The position numbers and the translations under genes were made by a program. The notes under the pieces are model-generated. The model did no database searches. It worked only from the letters and a program-made list of their open reading frames with translations, and had not been told where the DNA came from. A stretch of 62,964 bases of DNA, counting the filler, from Saprolegnia diclina VS20 (lineage: Eukaryota), in assembly GCF_000281045.1 (NCBI RefSeq). It is 3 parts of one record of this genome, joined end to end, with 100 filler letters (N's around TTAATTAATTAA, not from the genome) between each part and the next. Parts side by side here need not be neighbours in the genome. Positions count along the whole stretch, not along the records: positions 1 to 26,567 come from NW_008246087.1; 2 more parts are not named here. One strand, given 5' to 3'. Below, piece after piece: positions 11,333 to 21,506 of this stretch (positions are counted from its first letter, which is position 1; each line of letters starts with the position of its first letter).

Positions 11333-12859
11333 ATGAGCAAGCGGCCTTGCGTGGCGCCGAAGGCGGTCGTCCACCACACTGGCGTCGTTGCCCACATCGC
11401 CCACTGCTTGGCTTCGACCAAGGACGTCCTCTCGCTGCTCGAGGCGCTGCCACGTCACGCGCTCGACGCGCCATTGGCTGCGCTCCAGACGCTCTTGACA
11501 ACACCAGAGACCTTGCGCGTCGTAGCGAGGTACTGGCCGCGGGCCTGCATCGAAGAGTTTGATGGTGGCGACACTGTGACGGTGCTTGCTGCGCTGCCAA
11601 TCTTTCGCTCGATTTCCATCGAGCGTCTTCAGAAGCTCCACGATGTGCTCCGAGACGCCAGCAGCGAGCCTGCGACGACTTTGTACGCAGCCACGATCGA
11701 CTTCGCTTCCAAGTGGGGCCACAAAGTCGCGTCCATCGACAACATAGTACTGAGAGAATCTGACGACATGGACGCACTCCCGCGCACTCTCCGGCTTTGT
11801 ACGGGTCTCGACTCGATCGACGTCAGTATCGACACGTCGGATGCGGCTTCTGTTGCAAGTATTTTGCATGCGGCGCAGCACGTCAAGCGCATAACACTCT
11901 CAGCGCACAGCGACAACGGGTACGACTGCGGTGACTGGCGACCGCTTTTTGCCGATTGGCTTGCGTCCGGACATGCGACGCACCTCTGCCTTGACCGGCT
12001 CATGTGCGATGACACTGTCGGCTTTGTACGAGCCATTGCAGCCGCGACGTCACTCACGAGCCTTCACCTCGACAATGCCTCACGCTTGATGCAAGGACTC
12101 GTTGACGCCGCTACCCCGCTCAAGGCCATCACGCAGCTACGCCTTTGCGTGCCACACGACGACATTTTCGCCGAGCCATTCGTGTCCAGCTTGGTCAACA
12201 GCTCGGCGCTTCGAACCCTCGAGCTCGACACTCTAAGCGAAAACGGACCCGAAGTCGACTTGTCGTTTGTTCTGACGCTGCTACCGCGACTCGTCGTGCT
12301 CGAAAAACTCTCGATCGAGACGTGTGTGCTGCGCGCCGAGCCTGCGTTGCTTGTGGCGCCGGCGCCGCGCCACCTGCGGACGTTGAATGTGCAGTATTGC
12401 GTCATACAAGACGACGACATGTGGCTTGGTCTTTTCCATTGGACCTCGCAGTCGCCGTGCCTCACGACCGTCACGCTCAATTTTTGCAACCTGGTGTCCA
12501 ACAAGCCGGCTCTTTTCGCTGGCTACCTTCGCCAATGGATCACCGGCGGCGTCACTTCTGTTGATCTCGTCAACTGTGATCTGAACGAGAAGAGCGTCAT
12601 TGCCATTGCGACCGCGCTCTGCCACACGCACCGCACGTCGTCGTCGACGTTCAGACTGTGGCTCGACTTTGACCCACTACTAGTAGGTCTCAACTCGTAC
12701 CAAGTGCTTTTTGAGGCACTCGCCACGTGCACGGGCGTCAAGATCGAGGTGTTTCAAGACCGGTCTTTAGAGCGTGAAAGGATCACCGAGCTTACGTCGG
12801 CGCTGCATCTGCGACTTGAAGCCATCGACACGCAAAGAATTATCGTCTACAGCCCCTAA
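11333..12859 (+). CDS. F-box-like/RNI-type LRR protein, array copy 4 (intact)
   Basis: 508 aa from MSKRPCVAP; all family motifs present; ends IIVYSP; paired CCAATCA upstream (11243, 11280). Confidence 0.88.
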   Translation: MSKRPCVAPKAVVHHTGVVAHIAHCLASTKDVLSLLEALPRHALDAPLAALQTLLTTPETLRVVARYWPRACIEEFDGGDTVTVLAALPIFRSISIERLQKLHDVLRDASSEPATTLYAATIDFASKWGHKVASIDNIVLRESDDMDALPRTLRLCTGLDSIDVSIDTSDAASVASILHAAQHVKRITLSAHSDNGYDCGDWRPLFADWLASGHATHLCLDRLMCDDTVGFVRAIAAATSLTSLHLDNASRLMQGLVDAATPLKAITQLRLCVPHDDIFAEPFVSSLVNSSALRTLELDTLSENGPEVDLSFVLTLLPRLVVLEKLSIETCVLRAEPALLVAPAPRHLRTLNVQYCVIQDDDMWLGLFHWTSQSPCLTTVTLNFCNLVSNKPALFAGYLRQWITGGVTSVDLVNCDLNEKSVIAIATALCHTHRTSSSTFRLWLDFDPLLVGLNSYQVLFEALATCTGVKIEVFQDRSLERERITELTSALHLRLEAIDTQRIIVYSP

Positions 12860-13096
12860 AAAGCATTGATCGATGTAAACCTCAACTTTGGAAATTTGAA
12901 CAAAGGGCCTAGAAACTGTCTGGGCACTGCTTGCATCAAGGTTTGCGGCGACACTAACTGCGTGTATTCCCTGAGCGAAACGCCAGCCTGCCGCGTATCA
13001 CCAATCCGAATGCAGCAAATGCTCCATCAATCATTCATTTTGTCCAATCAAAATGCATCCAGCAATCTATCTGGATATTGCACTCTTTTTGGTGTG

Positions 13097-13497
13097 ATGA
13101 GCAAGTGCGTGGCGCCAATGGCGTTGTCCAACCCGGCGTCGTCGTCCACATCGCCCACTGCTTGGCCTCGCCAAAAGACGTCCTCTCGCTGCGTGAGGCG
13201 CTGCCACGTCATGCGCTCGACGCGCCATTGGCTGCGTTGCATACGCTCTTACTGACGCCCAAGCTTGCGCGCCGTCGATTCGCACTGGCCACGCATCTGC
13301 ATCGAAGACTACGATCCTCGCAACACTGCGATCGTGCTGACTGCATTGCTGATCGTTTGCTCGATTTCCGTCTAGTCCCTTCATGAGCTGCACGAGAGGC
13401 TCCGAGAGGCCAGCAGGGCGCCCAAGATACTGGTATCTCCGTACGCTGCCACGATAGACTTTGCATCCAAGTGGGGCCACGCCATCGCGTCCATCCA
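13097..13497 (+). pseudogene. LRR-array copy 5, frameshifted 5' part cut by gap
   Basis: MSKCVAPMA then frameshifts; ALPRHALDAPLAAL and KWGH motifs lie in different frames; runs into the N gap. Confidence 0.75.
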
Positions 13498-13925
13498 NNN
13501 NNNNNNNNNNNNNNNNNNNNNNNNNNNNNNNNNNNNNNNNNNNNNNNNNNNNNNNNNNNNNNNNNNNNNNNNNNNNNNNNNNNNNNNNNNNNNNNNNNNN
13601 NNNNNNNNNNNNNNNNNNNNNNNNNNNNNNNNNNNNNNNNNNNNNNNNNNNNNNNNNNNNNNNNNNNNNNNNNNNNNNNNNNNNNNNNNNNNNNNNNNNN
13701 NNNNNNNNNNNNNNNNNNNNNNNNNNNNNNNNNNNNNNNNNNNNNNNNNNNNNNNNNNNNNNNNNNNNNNNNNNNNNNNNNNNNNNNNNNNNNNNNNNNN
13801 NNNNNNNNNNNNNNNNNNNNNNNNNNNNNNNNNNNNNNNNNNNNNNNNNNNNNNNNNNNNNNNNNNNNNNNNNNNNNNNNNNNNNNNNNNNNNNNNNNNN
13901 NNNNNNNNNNNNNNNNNNNNNNNNN
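13498..13925. other. Assembly gap (428 N)
   Basis: Run of N. Confidence 1.
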
Positions 13926-13966
13926 TTTGAGTTGGCCACAGCCAGGGAGCGGCCAGCCTTGCGCGA

Positions 13967-15397
13967 ATGGCAGTCGTCCACCACACTGGCGTCCTTATCC
14001 ACATTGCCCACTGCTTGCGCTCGACCAAGGACGTCCTCTCGCTGCTGCAGGCGCTGCCACGTCATGCGCTCGACGCGCCATTGGCTGCGCTACTGACGCT
14101 CCTGACAACGCCCGAGACCTTGCGCGTCGTCGAGAGGAGCTGGCCGTGGGCCTCGATCGAAGAGTATGGTCATGATGACATAGCGACGGTCTTCGCTGCG
14201 CTGCCGATCTTTCGCTCGGTTCAAATCAACTGCCTCCACGCGTTTTGGGCCGCGTCTGAACCACATCGGCCTGCCACTTGGGGCCACGAAGTCGAGTTCA
14301 TTCCAAGCGATGGATCGATATCCAGGAACAGGAATGTGAGCGCGCTCCTGCGCCTTCTCCGTCTCTGCCCCAACCTCCACGCGATCGTGGTACACATCGA
14401 CAGGTCGGACCCGGCTCTCACGGCCAGTATTCTGCAAGCGGCGCAGCACGTCAAGCGCATTCATTTTGTGACGCCCGACCAGACCGAGTACAACTGCGGA
14501 AACTGGCGACCGCTCTTTGCCGAGTGGCTCGCGTCCGGGCATGCGACGCACCTCGGCATTATCGGACTCACCTGCGATGACAACGTCGGCTTTGCGCGGG
14601 CGATCGCCGCCGCCACGTCGCTCACAAGCCTTCAGCTTGCCGTTGCCAGTGGTGTCCTGCAAGGCTTGGTTGACGTGGCCACCCCGCTAAAGGCCATCAC
14701 GAAGCTACGACTTGCGGCGCCCAACGACAGTATGAGCCTCGAGCCGTTTGTCACCAACTTGATCGATCTCTCGGCGCTTCAAGTCTTTGACCTCTCGTCG
14801 GATAACGAACTCGACTTGACGTTTGGTCTGGCGCTACTGCCGCGTCTCGGCAAGCTTAAAGAGCTCGAGCTCACGCACTGTAACCTGCGTGCCGTGCCGG
14901 CGTTGCCAGAGGCGCCGGCGCATCTGCGGCTGCTGGACGTGTCGTATTCGAGCATGAACGACGAGACGTGCCTCGGTCTTCTCCATTGGGCGTCGCAGTC
15001 GCCGTGCCTCGACACAATTTGGCTCAAGATGTGCGACACGGTGAGTCGCAAACCCGTACTGTTTGCTAGCTACCTTCGACGCTGGATCACCGGCAGTGTC
15101 ACGTTTGTCGCCCTCGACCGCTGCGAATTGGACGAGAAGAGCGTCATTGCCATTGCCACCGCGCTCTGCGACGCTTGCCGATCCTCGTCGACGTTTTCGC
15201 TGCGTCTGGATTTCGGAACCTTGGATGTGGACGCGTACGACGCGCTTTTCGAGGCACTCGCCACGTGCAATGGCGTCAAAATCGAAGTGTATCAACGCTA
15301 CCCTCCCAGGCATACAAGAATCGCCAAGCGTGCGTCAAAGCTGCATCTACGACTTGAAGTCATCGACGCGCGTAGAATTATCGTCTACAGCCCCTAA
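13967..15397 (+). CDS. F-box-like/RNI-type LRR protein, array copy 6 (intact)
   Basis: 476-aa ORF; closest to copy 4 (LHLRLEVIDARRIIVYSP vs LHLRLEAIDTQRIIVYSP). Confidence 0.85.
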   Translation: MAVVHHTGVLIHIAHCLRSTKDVLSLLQALPRHALDAPLAALLTLLTTPETLRVVERSWPWASIEEYGHDDIATVFAALPIFRSVQINCLHAFWAASEPHRPATWGHEVEFIPSDGSISRNRNVSALLRLLRLCPNLHAIVVHIDRSDPALTASILQAAQHVKRIHFVTPDQTEYNCGNWRPLFAEWLASGHATHLGIIGLTCDDNVGFARAIAAATSLTSLQLAVASGVLQGLVDVATPLKAITKLRLAAPNDSMSLEPFVTNLIDLSALQVFDLSSDNELDLTFGLALLPRLGKLKELELTHCNLRAVPALPEAPAHLRLLDVSYSSMNDETCLGLLHWASQSPCLDTIWLKMCDTVSRKPVLFASYLRRWITGSVTFVALDRCELDEKSVIAIATALCDACRSSSTFSLRLDFGTLDVDAYDALFEALATCNGVKIEVYQRYPPRHTRIAKRASKLHLRLEVIDARRIIVYSP

Positions 15398-15586
15398 AAA
15401 GGGGTCCTAGTAATCGATATGCCGGTAAAGCCGACGCCGCACGCAGCGGCAGAGAGCCAGGAGACGATTGGACTTGGTGGAGGCATCCGCTCGAATATGT
15501 ATATGCCGCGGCATGGAAACAGGGCCACACGTCGTATTCGTATTGCCACCGCGACGTTGCCATTGCAGTTCAACGCATGCAGGACT

Positions 15587-15604
15587 GCCACGTGTATCCA
15601 ATCA
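15587..15604 (+). promoter_or_regulatory. GCCACG-N5-CCAATCA composite element (copy 7 promoter)
   Basis: GCCACGTGTATCCAATCA. Confidence 0.65.
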
Positions 15605-15673
15605 CATCGCACCGTTACTTATGCGCGAGTCCCTGTTCAGCAATTCACATGGAAGTGGCCGTGCCATGCGCCG

Positions 15674-17103
15674 ATGGCCGTCGTCCACGCCGGCGTCTTA
15701 AGCAACATCGTGCAGTACGTTAGCTCGAGCCACGACGTGCTCTCGCTGCTCGACGCGCTGCCGCGGGATGCGCTCGACACGCCACTACGCACGCTCCAGA
15801 CGCTCGTGTCGCCCCCCGTGGCCGCGCCATGGCCACACCTCTGCGTGGATGATTTGGATTGTCAACACACGTTGACGCTGCTCGCAGCGCTATCGACCTT
15901 TTGCTCGGTGTCCATTGAGAATCTTTACAAGCTAACCGAAGTGCTTCGGGACGCGAGTAGCGAGCCCGAGAGCGACGCTCTGTGCGCCGCAACCATCGAT
16001 TTTGCCAGGAAATGGGGCCACAAGGTCACGCACATTGCTGCGTGGTGGTGGCCGGAAGAATATACGGCCGATACGATCGCGACCATTATTCGACATTGCA
16101 CGGGCCTGAACTCGATCACCGTCTGCTCGATGGGGTTGGACCGCCATCCACGCAGCCCAGCACGCCAAGCGCATTGTCTATGCCTCGTCGATTCTCCAAG
16201 ACGTGTACGACTGCGGCGACTGGCGACATGTCTTTGGCGATTGGCTCGCATCGGCGCATGCGACCGAGCTCCGTCTTGACAACATCATGTGCGAGGACAG
16301 CGTTGGCTTTGCACGAGCGATCGCTGCCGCGACGTCACTCACGAGCCTCAAGCTTACCAACGCACCTGTCTTGCTACAAGGGCTCGTCGAGGCTGGTGTC
16401 GTGCTCCAGTACATTACACAGCTCCGTCTCGTCGTCGACCATAGCGACAGCATTTTTGCCGACGCGCTAGTCTCCAATGGGGTCAATCTCCCGGCTCTTC
16501 GCGTTCTCAAGCTCCGATCCGAAGACGACGCCGACATGACGTTCGTTCTGCGGCTATTGCCGTATCTCGTCGCGCTGGAAGTGCTCTCGTTTGAGACGTG
16601 CACGCTGTGGAGTGTGCCTGTGTTGCAAGAGGCGCCGGCGCCGCGGTACATGCGACGAAGACGATGACGTGTGTCTGGATCTCTTTGCGTGGGCCGAGCG
16701 CTCGCCGTGTCTCGAGGTTGTCAACGTCGACGCCATCGACGTGGTGTGGCGCAAGCCCGTGCTCTTTGGCCGCCAACTGCGTCGATGGATCCAAAGCGGC
16801 GTCGATCGCGTGTCCCTGGAAGACTGCGACGTGGACGACATGAGCATCACTGCCATTGCCGGTAGCCTCTGTGACGCGCGTCGGTCGCGGCCGTTTGTGC
16901 TCTACTTCCGTGGCAAACCGCTGCGCCTCAGGTGGTACTACATGCTTATTGAGGCACTGGCAACCAGCACTGGTGTCAGCATTGAAGGCAACGATTTCAG
17001 TCACGCCGACGACCGCCATGATATGGAAAATTGGGCGACACGATTCGACTTGCGACTTCATCGCGGTGGGCACAATCGATTTACTATCCATAGTCCCGTA
17101 TAA
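15674..17103 (+). pseudogene. LRR-array copy 7, two frameshifting deletions
   Basis: Family sequence is split over ORFs 15419-16279, 16203-16667 and 16591-17103, with short deletions near 16142 and 16655. Confidence 0.85.
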
Positions 17104-17773
17104 CCTCGTTTGGATCTATTTCATAGACGTTTTCTGTCGTTTTTTGGTGGGTTCGGGAGACTCCGTCCCGTGGTGTCGCATCTATGATACGGCGTCTCTC
17201 CTCGCCGGCGATCGACCCTGTCGTCGACATCTTGTGTCCGTCCTTTGCAAGACGAACAATCCCCGGAGATTGCTAGTACCTACGTATGCAACGTCTCTAA
17301 CAACGAAGATAACGAAAACATGTTTCGAGACATGTATCCAAAGTGAGAATCCAATTTGGATTCTCGCTTCGGATACAAATCACGTGAGCGTTTCCTGTTA
17401 TATTCATAACAACAACACTTTCATATGTCCTTCGCGTCTTTTGAACCCGTCCCAACAAGATACTCGGAGTAAAGAAATCACTCGTACGCAATTCAACATG
17501 GTATACAAATGACTCGGGGTGGTTTGTCCCGTCCTGGCTCCTGTAGATTCTCCGGATGCGATCGATGTGGGATTGCAGAGCCAAGGCGCAAGATGAATTG
17601 TCTGCAAACAAGGTAGTCTTAAAGCCTTTGCCTGTCGGCTATGGACCCGTGCCCTAGTTGCGTAAGGACCTTGGGCTTGTATCTAAAACATACTGCTAGC
17701 CCGTTTCTTGCTACTACACGTATTCAAGTGCGTGCACGATTGGTGCCACCATGCATCTCACTTGCACGAGGCT

Positions 17774-17791
17774 GCCACGCGCCGCCAATCA
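17774..17791 (+). promoter_or_regulatory. GCCACG-N5-CCAATCA composite element (copy 8 promoter)
   Basis: GCCACGCGCCGCCAATCA about 60 nt upstream of ATG 17853. Confidence 0.65.
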
Positions 17792-17852
17792 AATTGCAGC
17801 ACGTTTCGAAAAGTTGCGATCCAAAAGTTAAAGTTTTCTGAGGTGGCCACAA

Positions 17853-19358
17853 ATGAGCAAGCTACCTTGCGCAGTGCCGATGGCGATCGTCCAGCCCGGT
17901 GTCCTTCGGTACATCGTCCAGTGCTTGACCTCGACCAGGGACGTCTTGTCGCTGCTTCAGGCGCTGCCACGCGATGCACTCGATGCGTCGCTGGCGGCGC
18001 TTTGGACGCTCTTGTCGACACCCAGTGAGTACGAGGCCAAGCACTGGCCGCAGATCTGCATTGAAGACATCAATGGCCGATACGCACCCACCGTACTCGC
18101 CGCGCTCCCGGTGTTTCGCTCGATTCGCATCAACAATCTCGGTGATCTCGACTACGTCCTACAAGCTGCGAGCAGTAACGTCGACGACGCTCCGTTGGCG
18201 TCAGCAATTTTGCTCGCCGCCAAGTGGGGCCACAAGATCGCGATTTGTACCGTAGATCGGAGGCTCGATGGCTATTGTCTTGACGACCTCATCAACTTTT
18301 TCGGTCTTTGCACCGGCCTCGACGAAATTCTCGTGCACCCGGACGAGCTCGACCAAGCTTTTCTCGCAGCGGTCCTTCACGCGGCGCAGCACGCCACGCG
18401 GTTAGAGTTCTCATCGACCAAAGCGAGCGGGCTCGAGTGTGGCGACTGGCGACCGCTCCTTGCCGCGTGGCTTGCGTCCGGGCATGCCACGCACCTTGGT
18501 CTCGAGGCCATCTCGTTTGACGACAATGAAGGTTTGGCATATGCCATTGCCGCCGCGCCATCGCTCGATAGTCTCTCACTCGCCTACGCCAGCAGTGTGC
18601 TAAGAAGCTTCGTCCATGAAGCTGTGCCGCTGCCGCACCTAACGCAGCTACAATTGCATCTGGACGACAACGACGGCGACGATGTCTTCGCTGAGACGCT
18701 CTTGAGGGAGGGGATTGATGTCTCGGCACTTTGTGTCCTCAGTCTCGAGGCCGATTTCGAGTGGGACGGCACCTTTGTTCTGGAGCTGCTGCCTGATCTC
18801 TTGGCGCTGCAGGAGCTGTCGCTCACCGGCTGTTCACTCCAGTCGATGCCCCCTTTGCACGTGCCACGCCACCTCAAATTGCTCGAGCTGCAGGAATGCG
18901 ACATGGACGATGACGTGTGCTTGGAGCTCTTGGCGTGGGCGTCGCAGGCGCCATGCCTCACGACTCTCCGATTGGTCACGATCTCGACGCCGCGGACCAA
19001 CCCCGACCGCTTTGGTCGCTTTCTTCGCCAGTGGATCCGTAAAGGTGTCGGTCGCATCGAGATTGTGCACTGCGACTTGAACGAAAAGAGTGGATTCGCG
19101 ATTGCGTCGGCCCTTGGCAACACGCACCGATCGTCGAATCATTTTGTACTCAAGCTGGATGGTGACAACTTGAGTCTCCAGGTGTATTACTCGCTCTTGG
19201 AGGCGCTCGCGACGTGTAGTGGCGTCACTATCAAGGGAGGCTACTATTGCTTCGCCGAGCCCAGGGATCATGTCCAGATACAACGACGGGCGACGGAGCT
19301 TCGTTTGCGAATCGAAGCCAACAAGAGAGAGTACTTTAGCTTCACGAGTCCCTCGTGA
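17853..19358 (+). CDS. F-box-like/RNI-type LRR protein, array copy 8 (intact)
   Basis: 501-aa ORF with all family motifs; ends FTSPS. Confidence 0.88.
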   Translation: MSKLPCAVPMAIVQPGVLRYIVQCLTSTRDVLSLLQALPRDALDASLAALWTLLSTPSEYEAKHWPQICIEDINGRYAPTVLAALPVFRSIRINNLGDLDYVLQAASSNVDDAPLASAILLAAKWGHKIAICTVDRRLDGYCLDDLINFFGLCTGLDEILVHPDELDQAFLAAVLHAAQHATRLEFSSTKASGLECGDWRPLLAAWLASGHATHLGLEAISFDDNEGLAYAIAAAPSLDSLSLAYASSVLRSFVHEAVPLPHLTQLQLHLDDNDGDDVFAETLLREGIDVSALCVLSLEADFEWDGTFVLELLPDLLALQELSLTGCSLQSMPPLHVPRHLKLLELQECDMDDDVCLELLAWASQAPCLTTLRLVTISTPRTNPDRFGRFLRQWIRKGVGRIEIVHCDLNEKSGFAIASALGNTHRSSNHFVLKLDGDNLSLQVYYSLLEALATCSGVTIKGGYYCFAEPRDHVQIQRRATELRLRIEANKREYFSFTSPS

Positions 19359-19792
19359 TCAATACGCGAATACGATGACTAGCAGCAATCTCAAGTGCTC
19401 TCGTATAAAGAGGAGGTCTTATGAATCCCAGCTAGATGTGTGACATTGTGTCGGTGCGATGCAGACCTGTTGAAATGCGCTGAGCATATCCTGGACGCAT
19501 TTACGCGTGCCGAAGGACGGTAGCCATCGCCAGATCATTCGCAGCCCGGAATAAGCTTGAAGACATCGCTCAAAGTACTCTTAGGAAGTAGTGGTTATAC
19601 CCTTCGTATGCTACCTGTTGTGTCTGGCAACGATTGAACCTTGACCAAGTCTGTGCACTTCCTTCGCCCCTTTCGCCGATGCATCGAGATACAAAGCGGC
19701 GAGTGCTCCCAGCTCTGTGGCCCGCAACGCGCCTCCAATCACATTTCATCAAATCACCGTGAAACCTCAATTTGGCGTCGTCGTCCAAAGTC

Positions 19793-20472
19793 ATGACCAA
19801 GCGGCCTTGCGTGGTGTCAATCTCGATCGTCCAACCCGGTGTACTTGTTCACATGCCCAATGCCTGGACTTGCCCAACGACGTCCTCTCGCTGCTGGAGG
19901 CAGTGGCACGTCATGCACTCGACGCGCCATTGGCTGCCCTGCGGGCGCTCTTGGTGACGCCCGATGCGTTGGCCAACGGGCAGTGTCTGCGTCCAACACT
20001 TGGACCAATGCTATATAATGACTGTGCAGTCGAGCGATTTTTGCGGCGCAGCACGCCAAGCGCATGGAATTTGCGTCGTTTGGCAAGTACAGCTGCGGTG
20101 ATTGGCGCCCGCTTTTTGCCGATTGGCTCGCGTCCGGTCACGCGACGCACTCGACCATCTCGAACAATTCTCGTCCGACAACGACGATAGTTTTGGCCGA
20201 GCCATTGCAGCTGCGGCATCGCTCACGAGCCTCATAGTGACCGACGCTGACGGCGTCGTGCAAGGCGTGGTCAAAGCCGTCGTGCCGCTCCAGTGCGTCA
20301 CGGAGCTGCGACTCACCCTTCCCGAGGACGACGACATTTACCCCGAGCCGTTGATGCCCAACGTGATGGATCTCTCGGCGCTTCGTATCCTCGAGCTCCC
20401 CTCGCCGTGCTATTGGGACTGCACCTTTCTTCTGGCGCCCCTGCCGCGCCTCGTGGCGCTCGAAGAGCTATT
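19793..20472 (+). pseudogene. LRR-array copy 9, degraded and 3'-truncated
   Basis: MTKRPCVVSISIVQPGVLVH; frameshifts and deletions; ends at LPRLVALEEL; promoter variant GCAACGCGCCTCCAATCA at 19724. Confidence 0.8.
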
Positions 20473-20505
20473 TCCGCCGCGGCCGCCATTTTTACCCCGA
20501 GCAGC

Positions 20506-21400
20506 AGCAAGCGGCCTTGCTTCGCGCCAATCTCGGGGCGTCCTCGTGCACATTGCGCATGGCTTGTCCTCAGCTCGCGACGTTCCCGCGCTGCTAAAGG
20601 CGCTGCCACTGGAGGCATGCACCGCGCCATTGGCGGCGCTTTAAACCCTCTTGTCGACACCGAATGCCTTGGCTGTCGAGCACTGGCCACATGTCTGCAT
20701 CGAAGAGATGGATCCACGCTACACAGCTTGCCGCGCTCCCAGCGTGTTCTTCCATTCGCATCAAGAAACTCGCCAAGCTCAACCACGTTTTGCGCGCCGC
20801 CAGCCCCGACGACAGCGCCGATGGCTCGTTCCATCCGACCTTTGCATTTGCCGCCAAGTGGGGCCATACGATTTAGTCTATTGCAGGTGTGTCGTGGTCG
20901 GACCAAATCGCCAACGACGAGCTCGCCCGTCTTCTTCGCCATTGCATCCGGCTTGACAGCATCGAGATCGAGTCGGTCCATTCCAATTAGCCTTTTCCGC
21001 AGGCGTCGCGAGTGCGATGCCGTACGTCACTCATGCACCTCGTTGCCATGAACGACAAGGCATTTATGTGGTTCTCTGTCGTTGAAAATTGGCTCACCTC
21101 TGGCCGCGCCAAGCAGCTCTGGCTCGAACGCTATCGACCGACCGACGACAACCGCTTGGCTCGGTCCATTGCTATGGCCACAGCGCTCACGAGCCTCGCG
21201 TTCTGGGATGCCGATGAAGTTCTCAAAGAACTGGTGCCATGCCATTGCCCAACATTGCGGAGCTCCGCATTGACGCACGAGATAGCGCGAGCATTGAGCG
21301 CTCGTATCCACCTTGATCGCGCCTCCGCGTCCTCTCCATCTCGGTCGACAACAAAGACGACTGCTCGTTTTGTCTGACCTTGCTGCAGCGCCTCGTGGCC
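20506..21400 (+). pseudogene. LRR-array copy 10, degraded and 3'-truncated
   Basis: SKRPCFAP..GVLVHIAHGLSSARDVPALLKALP, stop at 20642, then HWPHVCIE, KWGHTI and WLTSGRAKQL in shifting frames. Confidence 0.8.
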
Positions 21401-21421
21401 AAAGGCGTTGACCACAGACTC

Positions 21422-21439
21422 GCCACGTATGACCAATCA
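21422..21439 (+). promoter_or_regulatory. GCCACG-N5-CCAATCA composite element (copy 11 promoter)
   Basis: GCCACGTATGACCAATCA; second CCAATCA at 21464. Confidence 0.65.
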
Positions 21440-21506
21440 GATGCAAGCAAAAGCACTGATAATCCAATCAAATCGTTTCATGCCGGAATGGCCAGAACGC
21501 TTTGTC

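Noticed and set aside
13067..14175. Long ORFs spanning X residues
   Set aside because: Artefacts of translating through the N gap.
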